A stretch of DNA of 64,000 nucleotides. Source: Lophium mytilinum (Eukaryota). The position numbers and the translations under genes were made by a program. Positions 12,541 to 24,994 of the stretch are shown piece by piece. The stretch's first letter is position 1; the number at the start of each line of letters is the position of its first letter. The notes beneath the pieces are model-generated. The model ran no database searches. It was not told the origin of the DNA and was given only the letters and a program-made list of their open reading frames with translations. The DNA is taken from positions 930,001 through 994,000 of the forward strand of contig MU004195.1 in the NCBI GenBank assembly GCA_010093605.1. Direction: 5' to 3'.

Positions 12541-12789
12541 GAGACTTCTGTGATTATGATGTGGAGCACCGCGTTTCAGTGTCGAACGACAACTTCGAGA
12601 AGAGAAGGGGTATGTATGACACAGTTTCGTTGGAAAGGATTAATATCAACCTTCCGAGTGCTCTCACCAAGTCCAACACTGTGAGAGATGATAAATACTA
12701 AGATCGCTTGATGATGGGTGCTTTCAGTCTTATACAAGATGATTACAACGAAAGGAACAGAATGATGAAGATCATTAACTCAGTGGTGT

Positions 12790-12965
12790 GCAGACCACCC
12801 TCCACACATGGAGGTTGTCGAGGTATATGTTGCTCCATGCGGAGATTGAACGGCGGGTTTTTCCACCACTCCGAGTCCACTCCGACACCATCATTCGAGA
12901 TCCCCCCCATATCTGATGGTGCCACATCATCGTCTTCTCCATTTCATTGATCACCTCCAAGCCAT
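12790..12965 (-). repeat. Degenerate inverted copy of the array repeats
   Basis: 12947-12965 TTGATCACCTCCAAGCCAT is the reverse complement of the 11738/11923 repeat ATGGCTGGGAGGTGATCAA with one mismatch. Further minus-strand ATGG...G-rich units occur near 12910, 12891, 12838 and 12809. Confidence 0.65.
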
Positions 12966-13005
12966 TCCCTCCTCCTATCGATCCAAGAGCGGAGGACGAC
13001 AGAAG

Positions 13006-13012
13006 TTTTATA
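13006..13012 (-). promoter_or_regulatory. Candidate TATA box pointing into the inverted repeat block
   Basis: TTTTATA on + (TATAAAA on -), about 40 nt before the minus-strand ATGGCTTGGAGGTGATCAA unit. It mirrors the left end. Confidence 0.35.
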
Positions 13013-13981
13013 CCGCATTCCCATCTTCAACACGTTACGGTCACCTGACCTACATCCATCAATAGCGGAATACCCCTCCGATAGCACCCGTGTACATCAT
13101 TTCTCGAGTGATCAGCTGGGATCTACACCACTGGGTTCTCATTAACAATAGATTTTATCACCACGTGCGATCTACTTGCCAGGACCACAGAGCCGCCAGG
13201 AGACCAGAGCTCCTCTCTTGATCGATGAGGAAGAGCTATGATAGATTCTAGCACTTCGACAAGAGAGAGGTATCGGCAGTTCGCAACTGGGTTGAGAGCG
13301 ATGATTTGCGAAAGATCATTGGAGTACTTAATCCCTGAGCCAGAAACACTGCCCACTAGAGCACGCGTGCGTATCAAATCGTTCCGTAAATACATACACA
13401 GGAGAAGCGACATGATATCGGGCTGCCTGGAGACGATGCAAGCTGGTGCGCCGCGCCGTTTGAGGGGGCGAGAAGGGGGTGTGATTCCATTGCTGGGAGG
13501 GTTTCAGTCTTGTACTTCGGGTCGCGCTGAGACTCCTCTATAATTCTTGTCGATTGTAGTTTGAGGGCTGCTGGATCTTCGCATATGCCTGTTGCATATA
13601 ATTAGTTTGGTTCGTCATATCCGAAACAGTGATAGAAAGAGATGGTGCCATGCAAGTTCAAAGGGCCCATAAGGTGGGTGGGACCTGAGGGCCTATATGT
13701 ATATGTCCGCAAGGGGGATAGATTGGCATAAGGAAATGATGAACGCCACTAACAGGCTATTGCAAGCGATAATTGACAGATACGTTTTCGGGCTATACCC
13801 TTGCATGGGAGTATGTTCTACAGCGAACAGAATTTGAGAATGTAAGAACAGTCTGACTATATGCAACTTACAACCTACAGCGCCTTCCATATTTCAATTT
13901 GATCATTCACACACTACCTGCCGTCACATCTGGAAATCCATCCTACTCACCAGCCATACTAAGACCTCCTTCTAGGAAACC

Positions 13982-15973
13982 TCACAACTCCTTCCTCACA
14001 CTCCCCCCAGGACTCGTCGGCCCCACCCCCTCCTCATCCGGGAACCGAATCGCCCTCGGTCCCATCGGCGGAAGATTAGACAGATCCGTCTCAATACGGT
14101 CAACCCGGTCCTGCGAGCTCAACTCCGCAGGCGAACCCCCGGGTGCACTCGACGACGCCCCCTGGCCTAGATTCGGCATTGAGATAGACTGCAGCCTGCT
14201 CGGCGACGAGCTGCGCGATGTCTTCTGGCTCACAGACGTAATATTGCTCTGGCTAGTCCCGATCACGCTGCGGCCGATGCGGTAGACCCTTCGTGGGAGG
14301 GCAGTCGCGCTGTTACCGCCGGTGCGGCGGCGGAGGGTGCTCTCGTTAGCCGTCTCAGCGTCGATGGGCCCGCTGATGTGGAAGGGCTCGGGGTCGCTCT
14401 GCTGGCTGACGGCGTTGGAGATGGTGCGGGGGAGGTAGAGGCCTAGTTTGCCGAGGGGGATGCTGAGGCCGTGGACGATCTGGGGTGTGTTAGTGTGGGT
14501 GTGAGAGGAGTAGTGGCCGACGTACAATGCTGCAGCAGACTAGGAACCAGATGACGACGTTCATGACCTCGGAGAGGACACGAGCGTCCTCCCGGATTTC
14601 GCCGTCGACTTGGATCCCTCTGAGGAATTCGAGGCTGATGTAGAGGTAGAAGACCGCGCTGACGCCGATGGGGCCGAAGAAGCCGACGAATAGAGCTTGC
14701 TGGACTTCCTCGATCTGGTGGATTTTCTTGTGCATGGCGAAGACGATTGGGAGGCGGCGAAGGAGTAGGACCAGGATTCCGAGGAATATCAGTCGATAGA
14801 TTGGGATGACGCTGTTGTGGGCGAAGCTATACCATGGACAAACCGCTCCGAACCAGATGAAGACGGCTACGTTGAGTAGCATGTCTATAGTTGGTTGGAA
14901 GGAGTCGTCGAGGGTCTCCAGGCGGAACCAATCACTATGAGTGGTATTAGCAAGAGAAACAGGATGACTATGTAATGTGGCTGAACTTACTCCCACGTGA
15001 ATGTGTTGCCTGCAATAAAGCATGCAAGAACGTCATCACTTCCAATCATGCCGACAGTACCTACAATGAAGAGCTAATACGGGTGTCAGTCTCAATACAC
15101 ATACATTTCCGCGGATCTGATAATGGATACTTACAGCTAATGTAATTGCAAACACAAGGAAGCTCTCTCTATCCACATATTTGCGCGCCTCGGCCCAATG
15201 AAGCAGCTCCTTAGCGACCCACCCGACTACTGCGCCATAGACAACACTGAGAAGTATTGTGTAGGCCCATGTCTCACCAAACCAGTCTCCCATTGCATTG
15301 CGAGCACTATTATCCTGGCCAAGGCCGTTTGATCCAATGTGTTTCATCAAATAAAGTGGAAGAAAGAGAAACGGATATCCAAGACCATCATTAGCCCCAG
15401 ACTCAGCAATGATGATCTTCTGCAGCTCCTTTGGGATATTCTTGTCCGCAAACTTACCCTTGACGATTGAATTGGACAGCACTGGATCAGTGGGCGTCAC
15501 GCAAGCTCCAACCGCCAGAGCATGTAGGAAGCTCAAGTGCGGAACAAAAGCATACACTAGTAGGCTCGTAGATATCCACATAACAGTCATGCCCGGCCCT
15601 AGAAGAAGAGCCAAAGCTTTCCATTCTGTCTTCAAGTATTTGCTTGGCAACTGCACCCCAGCTAGCACTAATTGCACTCCCAGTACGAGACGAGTGAAGT
15701 ATAAGGTTATGGTCTGCAGCGTCTCTTCATCTCCTAGCGCATATTGTAGAGGCCTTATGAGGTTCGTGGCATGCGGTGAGAATATGATCCCGGCAATCAT
15801 AGATATGACTATAGGCTTGTTAGATTTGATCGCAAGGGTAAGATTTATGACGTACGAGCTTCAGAAAGGTAGAATTTCTCCTTGCAGAGGTAGGATACCA
15901 GTCCAAACAACGTGATGAACCCTCCTAGAGTAGCACACACAATGTTGAAGTTTACTACAGCTAGGGTAGGCAT
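13982..15973 (-). CDS. Plasma-membrane Na+(K+)/H+ antiporter, CPA1 family (Nha1/Sod2-like)
   Basis: MPTLAVVNFNIV...YLCKEKFYLSEA|...ACVTPTDPVLSNSIVKGKFA...AESGANDGLGYPF...GSDDVLACFIAGN...WFRLETLDDSFQPTIDMLLN...GFFGPIGVSAVFY. Many transmembrane segments; spliced. Confidence 0.92.
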
Positions 15974-17135
15974 GTCCGTAGATGTTGCAGTACCCGGTAG
16001 ATATTGTTGTCCAGATGTGACTGATAGGGCGGATTAAAATCCGAGTAACCCAGACTTAGGCAGAGTCGCGTCAGCGACGGTAATGACTGTTAGGGAATTC
16101 TATCCTGGCTTCTTGGTGAAAGCCAGCGAACCCGCAAAAGAGTGGGCGGAGCTTCCTGTTGTGTTATTGAATCATGTGGAGACGGGAGGCTTGGGACCGT
16201 TTGACCGTAGGTAGACGCCACTTTGACAGGACCGTCTGTCGACGAAGTGGAGACGGTAATCAATGAAGGAAACGCAAGCACGAAAGCTGGCTTGCTGCAA
16301 GATCTGTTTGCTATTAAGAGGAAGAATTTTACGCAACGTGAGGGAGCTGCACAGCTGATAAGATATTGAGAGCCAAGCCGCTAAGTTCGGAAGCGTTGCC
16401 GAGGCTGCGGGGTATTGTGTGTACTTTTCACTATACCAAAATTCTCTTAAAGCTGTTTGGACTGTTGCATCGATGTATTAGAGGCGATGTTTGACAATGA
16501 CGTGGATGGGACATGTAAGAAAATAGATCTGACACGTGACGCAATCTAATAAGATCATCAGCTTGAGTGGGAATCTTCAGACTTATATCCACAGGATGCT
16601 AGCGAGACTATGTTTTGTGTAAATATCGTAGTGCGCTTGACAATACAAGAATAGCAACGAACGGGTGAGCTAGCAACGAAGAGCATACTCTAACATGACA
16701 CTCGGCATTTGTATTGATGTATTGATCAGGCGTAGCCTAGTATATCTACTATGGCCTAGGAAATTTATAGTAGTGCAACTAAGTAGAACCATGTTTATAG
16801 GAAGCTGGATGAACAGCAAATATACTGAGCGATGGGTCATATACCTTTAGCAGCTCAGATCAGCCATAGCGTATTGGGCAAACATGTATCGACATAAATG
16901 CATTCCTACTGGCTCCAGGCAGCCCTCCCTAACCATACAACCTACACAAGACAGAATACCAGCTCGATGGTCGTCCTATCCGAGAGACAGGCCCTAGGCA
17001 TGTTCGTCATGCCACGAACGAGTGACTTGGGGTCTGCGGGCCGTCCTGCAAGCCTTGTGTGGAAGCGGCAAGTTTCCGATTACTGGCGTTGGGCCAAGGG
17101 TGGCTGTTGGTGCGTCATTTTTGGTACTTACAGTA

Positions 17136-17715
17136 CATCGTGGAGAAGTGTTGAGGACTTCGATTAATCCCAGACATGTCCAGTTCGGGATCACGAGCCG
17201 AAGATGCGTCGAGGGAGAGACATGCCCTGCTTCCATGTACGATTCAACAAAGCAGGACACGGAGTGATTCCCGGTGGGAGCTTCGCATGTGAAGTGCGAC
17301 GTCGTCCACTGCCAGAGATACGTACATAGCTCCACCGTGATGTGCTGAAACTGCGTTGATGCATGATAAGAGCAAAGTGTTGGGTTCGTGAAGAGATTGG
17401 ATGCGCCAGTATCGGTCCTCACATCGAGGAGAAGTGTTGAGGACTTCGATTAATCCCGGACATGCCCAGTCTGGGATTCCGAGGCGAAGACACGTAAATG
17501 GGGAGATACGCCCTGCTTTCATGTTGTGATGCTCAAATCAAAATAGAGGGACCCGGAGTGATTCCCGGTGGGAGCTGTGCAGACACAGAGGTGAAGTGCA
17601 ACAGTCCATCCACTGCCAGAGACATACGTACTCAGCTCCATCGTAATGTGCTGAAACTGCATTGGGGCATAAGAAATCGAGGAAAATGTTGGGTTGGCGG
17701 AGAGATTGGGCGCGC
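17136..17715. repeat. Degenerate tandem duplication, two copies of about 290 bp
   Basis: Shared blocks GGAGAAGTGTTGAGGACTTCGATTAATCCC (about 17142/17428), CGGAGTGATTCCCGGTGGGAGCT (17260/17554), TCCACTGCCAGAGA and ATGTGCTGAAACTGC occur in both copies in the same order. Confidence 0.85.
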
Positions 17716-19097
17716 CCGTAATCTGCTATCGATAGCATCAAGACAGCACCGTCCAAGAGATCTGATCAGGACCAGCTGAAGATCAGCACTTCCTATTTGG
17801 TGGTTGCATGCAGCTGGCGACGATTTTGCTGCACTGTGCTGGCGACTAGTGATCAGTTTGCTTTTGGCCGAGCGCAAGACAACAGACCAGTGATCAGATT
17901 GGCTATATTCCATCGTCAATGTGGGTTCACAGGTTCGATCAAGGTTCGTGGCGAGCTGGAGGGGTCGATTGACGTTGAGGCCGCGAATACCTCGGACAGT
18001 ACGTCGCTGATATCTTCACATGTCAGCATAGCTCGACGACGGGGAGAGTAGGAGAGAGATAGCAGTCTAGAGCAAGGCTAGAAGAAAGCACCTCGGAAGA
18101 CGCTCACGTGTGGGAGGCTGGCGCGCAGGGGCAGGTGGAAAACCGACGTCCCCAACAAAACTAAGACGCAGATCACGGCGGCTGTCCTGAGTCTTGACCC
18201 TGCAGCTCCAGATCTGATCCCGACTCGTGGTGCGCTGCAGGCCTATGAGGACCGGGTGCTGGAGCACCAGCCGTCATGCGGATTCACATGCACCCACAGC
18301 TGGGCCACTGGCTCCAACTCACCTCTCAGGGTTCGTCAAACCCTTCCAGGCCCGTCTCGACGGCCTACCACGCCTGGAATGTCGAGCACGGCGTGACGAT
18401 GGCGGCAAACTGGCGGTCAGTCCCTCAACACCAGACCTGCCAAGCCCGGCGGGCGAGAGGAGTGGCACATCACTACTGCACCTGCGGAGACTCGCTGTTT
18501 CGGGGGTGTAAAATACTGCCACCAAGCGGCAGCTGTGCATGTCCTGTCCCCATCTCACGCCCCCTACTGGCACCGCTTAGAAGAAGCTTTTCTAGGTGCT
18601 TGCACGTACAGCTATAGGCGTTGGGATGGCGTCAGCTGGTGGAGGGGCCCCGCAGAACAGAGCAGTGAATGGAGCACATAGAAATACCGAGGGTGCGGCA
18701 AAAGCGTAGGTGTTTTGTATCAGTGTATCAATTCCTCTGATAGATAGTCCGCGATCTCGCCCGGCTCGCTAAACGGCCCGAGCGCCACCGACGGAACAAG
18801 GGACGACCATCAGATAAATTTCCCACCACGCCCATAAAACCGTGTCCCCCCTCCCGCTGTGCTCAATTGCCCTCTGCACCCTCTCTCCTTGTTGCCCGCA
18901 GAGTGTGTTCCAGGACTGCCTCCAGCCTGTGCGAATTGCCGTCGTTGTGCCTTTCATTGCCTGCTCCCCAACCGAACCGTGGAAACCTCCAGGGCTCCTC
19001 AACAAAAAAGTCCGACACGTACCTCATTAATACCTCCTCGCCCACCCACTCTCTTCCCTCGGACAGCTTTGTCGAAGAAGCAACCACCATCACCATC

Positions 19098-20649
19098 ATG
19101 GCTACCACCACAGCGAGAGCCCAGAACCCCGTTCTGCGGAGAACCGTCACCTCGGACTCGTCCCCCTCGTCGTCCAACCCCTCCGTCGCAGCGTCCCCTG
19201 CCGACACTCCCACCCAGTCTCCCTCCGCCTCGTCGTTGTCGTCTCTTGACTCTTCTGACGACGGCCCGGTCAAGAACACCCGCGGCACTCTTCACGACAC
19301 CTACGGTAACGAGTTCGAGATCCCCGACTACACCATCAAGCAGATCCGCGATGCTATTCCCGCCCACTGCTTCCAGCGCTCTGGTGCTCGCGGCCTTGCA
19401 TACGTGGCCCGGGACATCGCGTCTCTTGCAGCCACCTTCTACCTCTTCCATGACTTCGTAACTCCGGAGACGATTCCCTCGACGCCGATCCGAACAGGCT
19501 TGTGGGCGCTATACACATTCGTTCAAGGGCTATTCGGCACTGGGCTTTGGGTTATGGCCCACGAGTGCGGCCACCAGGCTTTCTCGCCCTCCAAGACGCT
19601 CAATGACACCGTTGGCTGGATCTGCCACTCCGCTCTGCTCGTGCCCTACTTCTCCTGGAAGATCTCCCATGGCAAGCACCACAAGGCGACCGGCCACATG
19701 GAGCGCGACATGGTCTTCGTGCCAAAGACTCGGGACCAGTACGCCTCTCGTATCGGGAAGTTCGCTCACGAGTTGACCGAGCTGACTGAGGAGACTCCTA
19801 TCGCCACCGCCATCCACATGGTCGTTCAGCAACTCGGTGGCTGGATTGTGTATCTCTCGACCAACGTCACTGGACACAACTACCATGAGCGTCAAGCCGA
19901 AGGCAAGGGGAAGGGCAAGAAGAACGGCTACTTCACTGGTGTCAACCACTTCCAGCCGTCGAGCCCTCTGTACGAGAAGAAGGATGAGCATCTTATCTTG
20001 TTGAGCGATCTTGGCCTTGGAATCACCGGTACCATCCTCTTCCTCATCGGAAAGAACTTCGGCTTCACCAACCTTCTCGTTTGGTACATCCTCCCGTACC
20101 TATGGGTGAACCACTGGCTCGGTAAGCATATCCACCGTGACATGATGCGACGGACACAATACTAATAAACCCATAGTCGCCATCACCTACCTCCAACACA
20201 CCGACCCCACCCTCCCCCACTACGACGCTCATACCTGGACCTTCGCTCGTGGTGCCGCCGCAACCATCGACCGAGAGTTCGGCTTCATCGGCCGCACCCT
20301 CATGCACGGCATCGTCGAGACCCACGTCCTCCACCACTACATCTCGACCATCCCCTTCTACCACGCCGATGAAGCCTCCGAGGCCATCAAGCCCGTCATG
20401 GGTCGCCACTACCGCTCCAACACCGCAGGCGGCACCGTCGGCTTCCTTAAGAGCATGTGGACCAGCGCTCGCGTCTGCCAGTGGGTCGAGCCCAGCGCGG
20501 AAGCCAAGGGCGAAGGCAAGGGTGTCTTCTTCTTCCGCAACCGCAATGGCACCGGCGTTCCGGCGGTCGTCATGCAGGCCCCCAAGGCCAAGCCCACTGC
20601 TGGCAGCGCGGCGAGAATGGTCATCGGACCCGATAGCGACGCTGAGTAG
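19098..20649 (+). CDS. fad2: Delta-12 (oleate) fatty acid desaturase, OdeA/Fad2 family
   Basis: Three His boxes HECGH, HGKHH and HVLHH; PDYTIKQIRDAIPAHCF; LWVNHWL|VAITYLQHTD. One intron at about 20122-20176. Confidence 0.93.
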
Positions 20650-22368
20650 ATTATCGTCTCTCATGATTCATACTCGGGCAGAACAAGAATACGAAGTCTT
20701 ACGAAACAGAACGGATGTTGTGAGCGAAAGAGCACCAACAATACGACACACTACAAAAACAACACGACGCATTGCGTCCTTGGCATGAGGATCTGAGAAA
20801 CCATGATCTGTCACCCATCTTCCTTGGATCGTGGGCGGGAGTCTTATCTTTCCTAAAATATGGGGGTGCGAGATGATAGGCCGTTTTCCTCTGGGCTTTT
20901 GGGACGGAGTATAGTGGCCGCATTTCTATTCTTGCTTTCGCTATGGCCCATTCGTATCCCAATACCGGGGATGGGCTGGAGAGGGATCTGGGTCCAATCG
21001 TGCGTGGTTGCTTTAGATTAGAAGTAGACCGATATATCCCCTGCATTTTGCGCTGTGGTGCCCTGGTGGGATGGGTGGTTTGTAGAGCAGAGCAGTTTCC
21101 AACCGCATTGAAATGAAAGTTACCGGCAATTTCTTGAAAGCAAAAGGGGTCTTTGGTGCGGTGTTTCTTCATACGTGTGAATAACGTCAGCGTGATCATC
21201 TTCTATCGTGTCGCAACTCAAATCTCGCTGGCATCCCAAGCAATAGCAAAACAACACACGCAGAGTATAGCGAGTTATAACGGTATCTTCCCCCAGAAAA
21301 GGATGGGATTGAAGCTGGGAATCTGGTAATGGGATGAGATGGGGGAGTTGGTAGTGTGGCCGGATACAGACGGCTCCGCATCTTGAAGATGCACCCCGCA
21401 GTTTCTTATACGGAGTCCTGCGCAGGGGTGCTACGACACCTTGCCCACCAACTCGATTGGCAATCAACGCAAACAACAAAAACAAAAAGAAGGTGACGCT
21501 GTACTAGATGTGAGTATGTGAGTCACCTAGGTCTCGTCGGCGTGCAAACTACTTATTCCCCCGCGTGTTGTTGAGATATGCAATCACTTTCGTCGATGAT
21601 GCACCCAGCAAGCAGCAACTAGGTACTTCGTAGCACTTAAGAGATGGATTGGTTTAAAGGTAGAGAGGGTTGTGAATGTAAGTCCCTTGCATCGTGTGAG
21701 GGGGTTTTGCTTGACCGGTCAGAAGGTTTGATTTCATTTAACGTTGGTTGACGCGGATCCCCTTATCCTATGTTCCAGGCAGTGGGCTGTGTTGTGACAG
21801 GTCAGTCTTTCTAGGGAGATCAGTTTCCATCATCGGCGGAGTGAGTACTGTTCGAAAATCTGGCGCGGAGTCTCAGAGAAACCATATGCTGCTGTGCCAC
21901 ACTGGGCGAGAAGACGGGGCCGTGGAAGAGCGGCCGTATTCTAGTGGAGGTGATAGGTAATTGGTATTCTTTCTTCGTTTCCGTTTTCGAGGATTTCTAT
22001 CTCGACAGCCGTAAATCATATTGATTCACAGTTTGGAGTCGACTTTTCCTCTTCTTCTTTTCCTTCTTCAAAAGCTGAATGGTATTCGACGAACTGCTAT
22101 CGCGACGCTGGGGAGCTTGAGTGTTGGTGGCGTCTTCTTGTCTGTTGTGTGACACGAGAACTGCACATCTGTGTAACGTATCACATACATACTGCATCAA
22201 TTGATACATACGAAGGTGGGTCGATTCTAGGCAGCAGAGTTTTGTTTTCTTCTCCTCTCATGTACTGTGCTTTCTCAAAGGTGAACGTTTAGTAGCCGTC
22301 GTTTCGCTCGTTCATCCTCGGTATCTCTGTACGAATCTCAATTCGTTGTTTCCCTGATACGCTTCACA

Positions 22369-22998
22369 ATGCGTCCCACTCTAGCCCTCGCCGCAAAAAG
22401 CAGAAGCAAGAAAGTAGTAGCGAACAATCCTTTCCGCCTCGAACGCCCTAGGCTTACCACCCAAAATTTGAATGGCCCGTTTGATGGAATTTTCAATGGG
22501 TTTTTTAAATCAATCAAAGCCCAAAATAAGTCACGGCGCAAACTAATCGTGTATGACAACGTTGTCGATGCGTTTAAAGACTCGGTCACCGAAGCTCTCG
22601 GAGATTCAAGCCAGGTCCATGAGCTCGTTGTACAGGCCGCTGGCAACCCGGGAAAGACGAAATGGGACACAATTATGGGGAAAGAGTTCGGCTGGAGCGA
22701 CGACGATAAGACAGTGAGATCTGGCATCAAGATACCATCGATGGGAGCAATTTTCCCCCCTGCAAGAAACGGCTCTCTTAAGAAGTCATACACCTCCTGG
22801 ATCCGCCTTCTCCAAAGGGAGAATCCCGGGGTGGAATTGACGCGCGAGGTATGCGATGCAGAGCTGAACTGCCTACATGAGAATATCTCGAAAGGTATCA
22901 ATACAGACACGGCCGATTCTATCAAATTTGTGATTCGACGACTATTGAGCGAGTCTGCCAAGTATTGGGCTGAACGGGATAAAGCGTCGGAGGAGTAA
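22369..22998 (+). CDS. Hypothetical protein (209 aa, intronless)
   Basis: ATG in a CACAATG context after a pyrimidine-rich leader, with globular-looking composition. No family recognised. Confidence 0.5.
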   Translation: MRPTLALAAKSRSKKVVANNPFRLERPRLTTQNLNGPFDGIFNGFFKSIKAQNKSRRKLIVYDNVVDAFKDSVTEALGDSSQVHELVVQAAGNPGKTKWDTIMGKEFGWSDDDKTVRSGIKIPSMGAIFPPARNGSLKKSYTSWIRLLQRENPGVELTREVCDAELNCLHENISKGINTDTADSIKFVIRRLLSESAKYWAERDKASEE

Positions 22999-23451
22999 GG
23001 ATTGGAGGAGATGTAACTAGTAGGGGAGGAAGATAGTGGCTCCAAAGCTCAACTTGAAGTTTATTCAATCGCAGTGCAGAGCCTGGACCGTCGTTTCCTC
23101 ACTATCACTTCGTAGAAACAAACGAAGCTCTTTCTACCTAGGTGGCAGTATGGATGATTCAGTCCGTTTTTTCCACCTTCAACATATACCCTCTTGCTCA
23201 CGCTACGACTATCCATCATCAACGCCAGCTGTGCACATTCGCATACAGCATACCTCAAAGTTTCCCAAGATGCTCGCGCTATTCCATTCTCGTTTGCCTA
23301 CTCTTCAAAGCACTGCTCCGCAGCTTTAGCCCAATTTGCTCACGACACATGATTCTAAATGGACATTGCATTAACGGAACTAGTAAGCCTCTCCGCCGCC
23401 GCACGTTCTCGATTTTATTCCATTCTACACCAGACATCGAGACCTTTTCCT

Positions 23452-23482
23452 CCTCCATCCTCCATCCTCCATCCTCCATCCT
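23452..23482 (+). repeat. (CCTCCAT)n heptamer microsatellite, about 4 copies
   Basis: cctccatcctccatcctccatcctccatcct. Confidence 0.8.
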
Positions 23483-24994
23483 ACACCCCCAACTCCATGA
23501 CTTACAGCCCGCGCCATCCCGCATCATCTCTCAGCAGCACGTCAACACGCGACTTCTCCTATGCATCTCTACACGAAATTTTTCGAGTACCTCCATCGGC
23601 CTTCGTGTCACGCATCTCCGGTGTCCTGAATATGAAAACTTCCTCTTTGGGGCGTCCTTGTTGGCCTCGGCAATCGTCTGCAAACCTCCAAGCAATGGAA
23701 CCATATCCCCATCTTGGACCCTCAAATAACACCGAGTTCACCCCCCTCCTTGCACGCTCGAATGCTTCATTCGTAGAACCAATCACCGAAGGGCTCTAGA
23801 CCTCCTCGGATTCGGCTGAGGCGGTAGAGAACCCCATCTTCCCACCCCCAGGTACGGCGGAGTGGGAGTAGTTGCGGCTGTATGGGAGCGGTAACGGGGG
23901 TGGGGTGGGAGAGGGAAGCTGGGCGGGCTACGGCGGAGGTTGAGCGAGGGGGGTATAGGGAGGGTTTTGAGGTGGGGACGGGTGGGGCTTAGAGCGTTTG
24001 GGGGGTTTGGTGTCTGGAAGGTGGAAGGGGGGCCTCGGAATTTGAGGCGGGCATCGCGAATTTTCTAAAGTTCATCGGTATAGAGTTGGCGAGGTGCGCT
24101 GAGGTGGCGGCGGAGGCGGCGGAGATGATCGCGAGCCTACGGGTAAATGAGCCCGCCGGGCAGTGGGTGTTCTTACGTGGGTGTGCGGAAATTCCTCTGC
24201 ATATTATGCTGCTGGAATCTCCCTCTACATTAAGTTTGTTACGCAGAAGAATGAGAGCACCATGAAAATGTTACGAAGATTGGGGCTTTTGGAGTAAGAG
24301 AGGAATGGTTTGGCTACGCATATTAATCGTCCCTGGCTTCTTTGGGGATGTAGTGAAACAGGCTTGTAGCTTGTTTTGGTATGACAATGTGTGCAAACCG
24401 CCTGCCTATTCTATTAGGATATTAATGGTTGTGAGTACCTTCTCCACATGAGAGCAGAATAGAAACGGGTACTCTAGTAGGCTTAGAAATCATCTACGCC
24501 CTTACGCGCAGCGCGCGGTTGTATATAGGCTGCTGGAAACAGTAAGAATACACAATGAAATGGTGAGGCTGCGCGGCCTGCCTATAGAACACGAATGCGC
24601 GTGAGAATTAAGCGCCGGAGCAGTGATCCGAGCCCTCCGAGCCAATCAGAAGATTAGACGGGAGGGGGGTGTGGTTGCATTACAGAAGGGGTGTTGGCGT
24701 AGAGAAAAGGGGGTGCGAGATTAATGGCGCCCTTGATGGATCAATTTTTCTAGATTTAGATAGACACGTGCGCGTGAGTTAGAAGACTCTACGATAAATA
24801 CATCAGGTCATGCATCCTACATTGTAGAGTTTGAAGCTATGGAAAGCGTCGCAAACCCCCAGTTTTGGCGAGTCTCATTTAATCTGTCGCCATGCCCTGC
24901 CCCCTGCGCCTCGTTTATATCTGAACTACATATAGTCCGTACAGCCCCATCATCTTCAAGAGTCATCATCCTTTTCTTCCCAACTTCATACGCA

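Noticed and set aside
11784..12701. 305-aa ORF across the array as a protein-coding gene
   Set aside because: The repeat is read in different frames from unit to unit (MGGVLVVDQ versus YGWSAGGGST versus WEVIN), so no consistent protein repeat exists. It is not fully excluded, because the frame stays open longer than expected; it is kept only as an alternative hypothesis.
23142..24150. Overlapping ORFs of 146-195 aa and a G-rich tail as a gene or pseudogene
   Set aside because: Low complexity, a microsatellite inside, no recognisable domain and interrupted frames.
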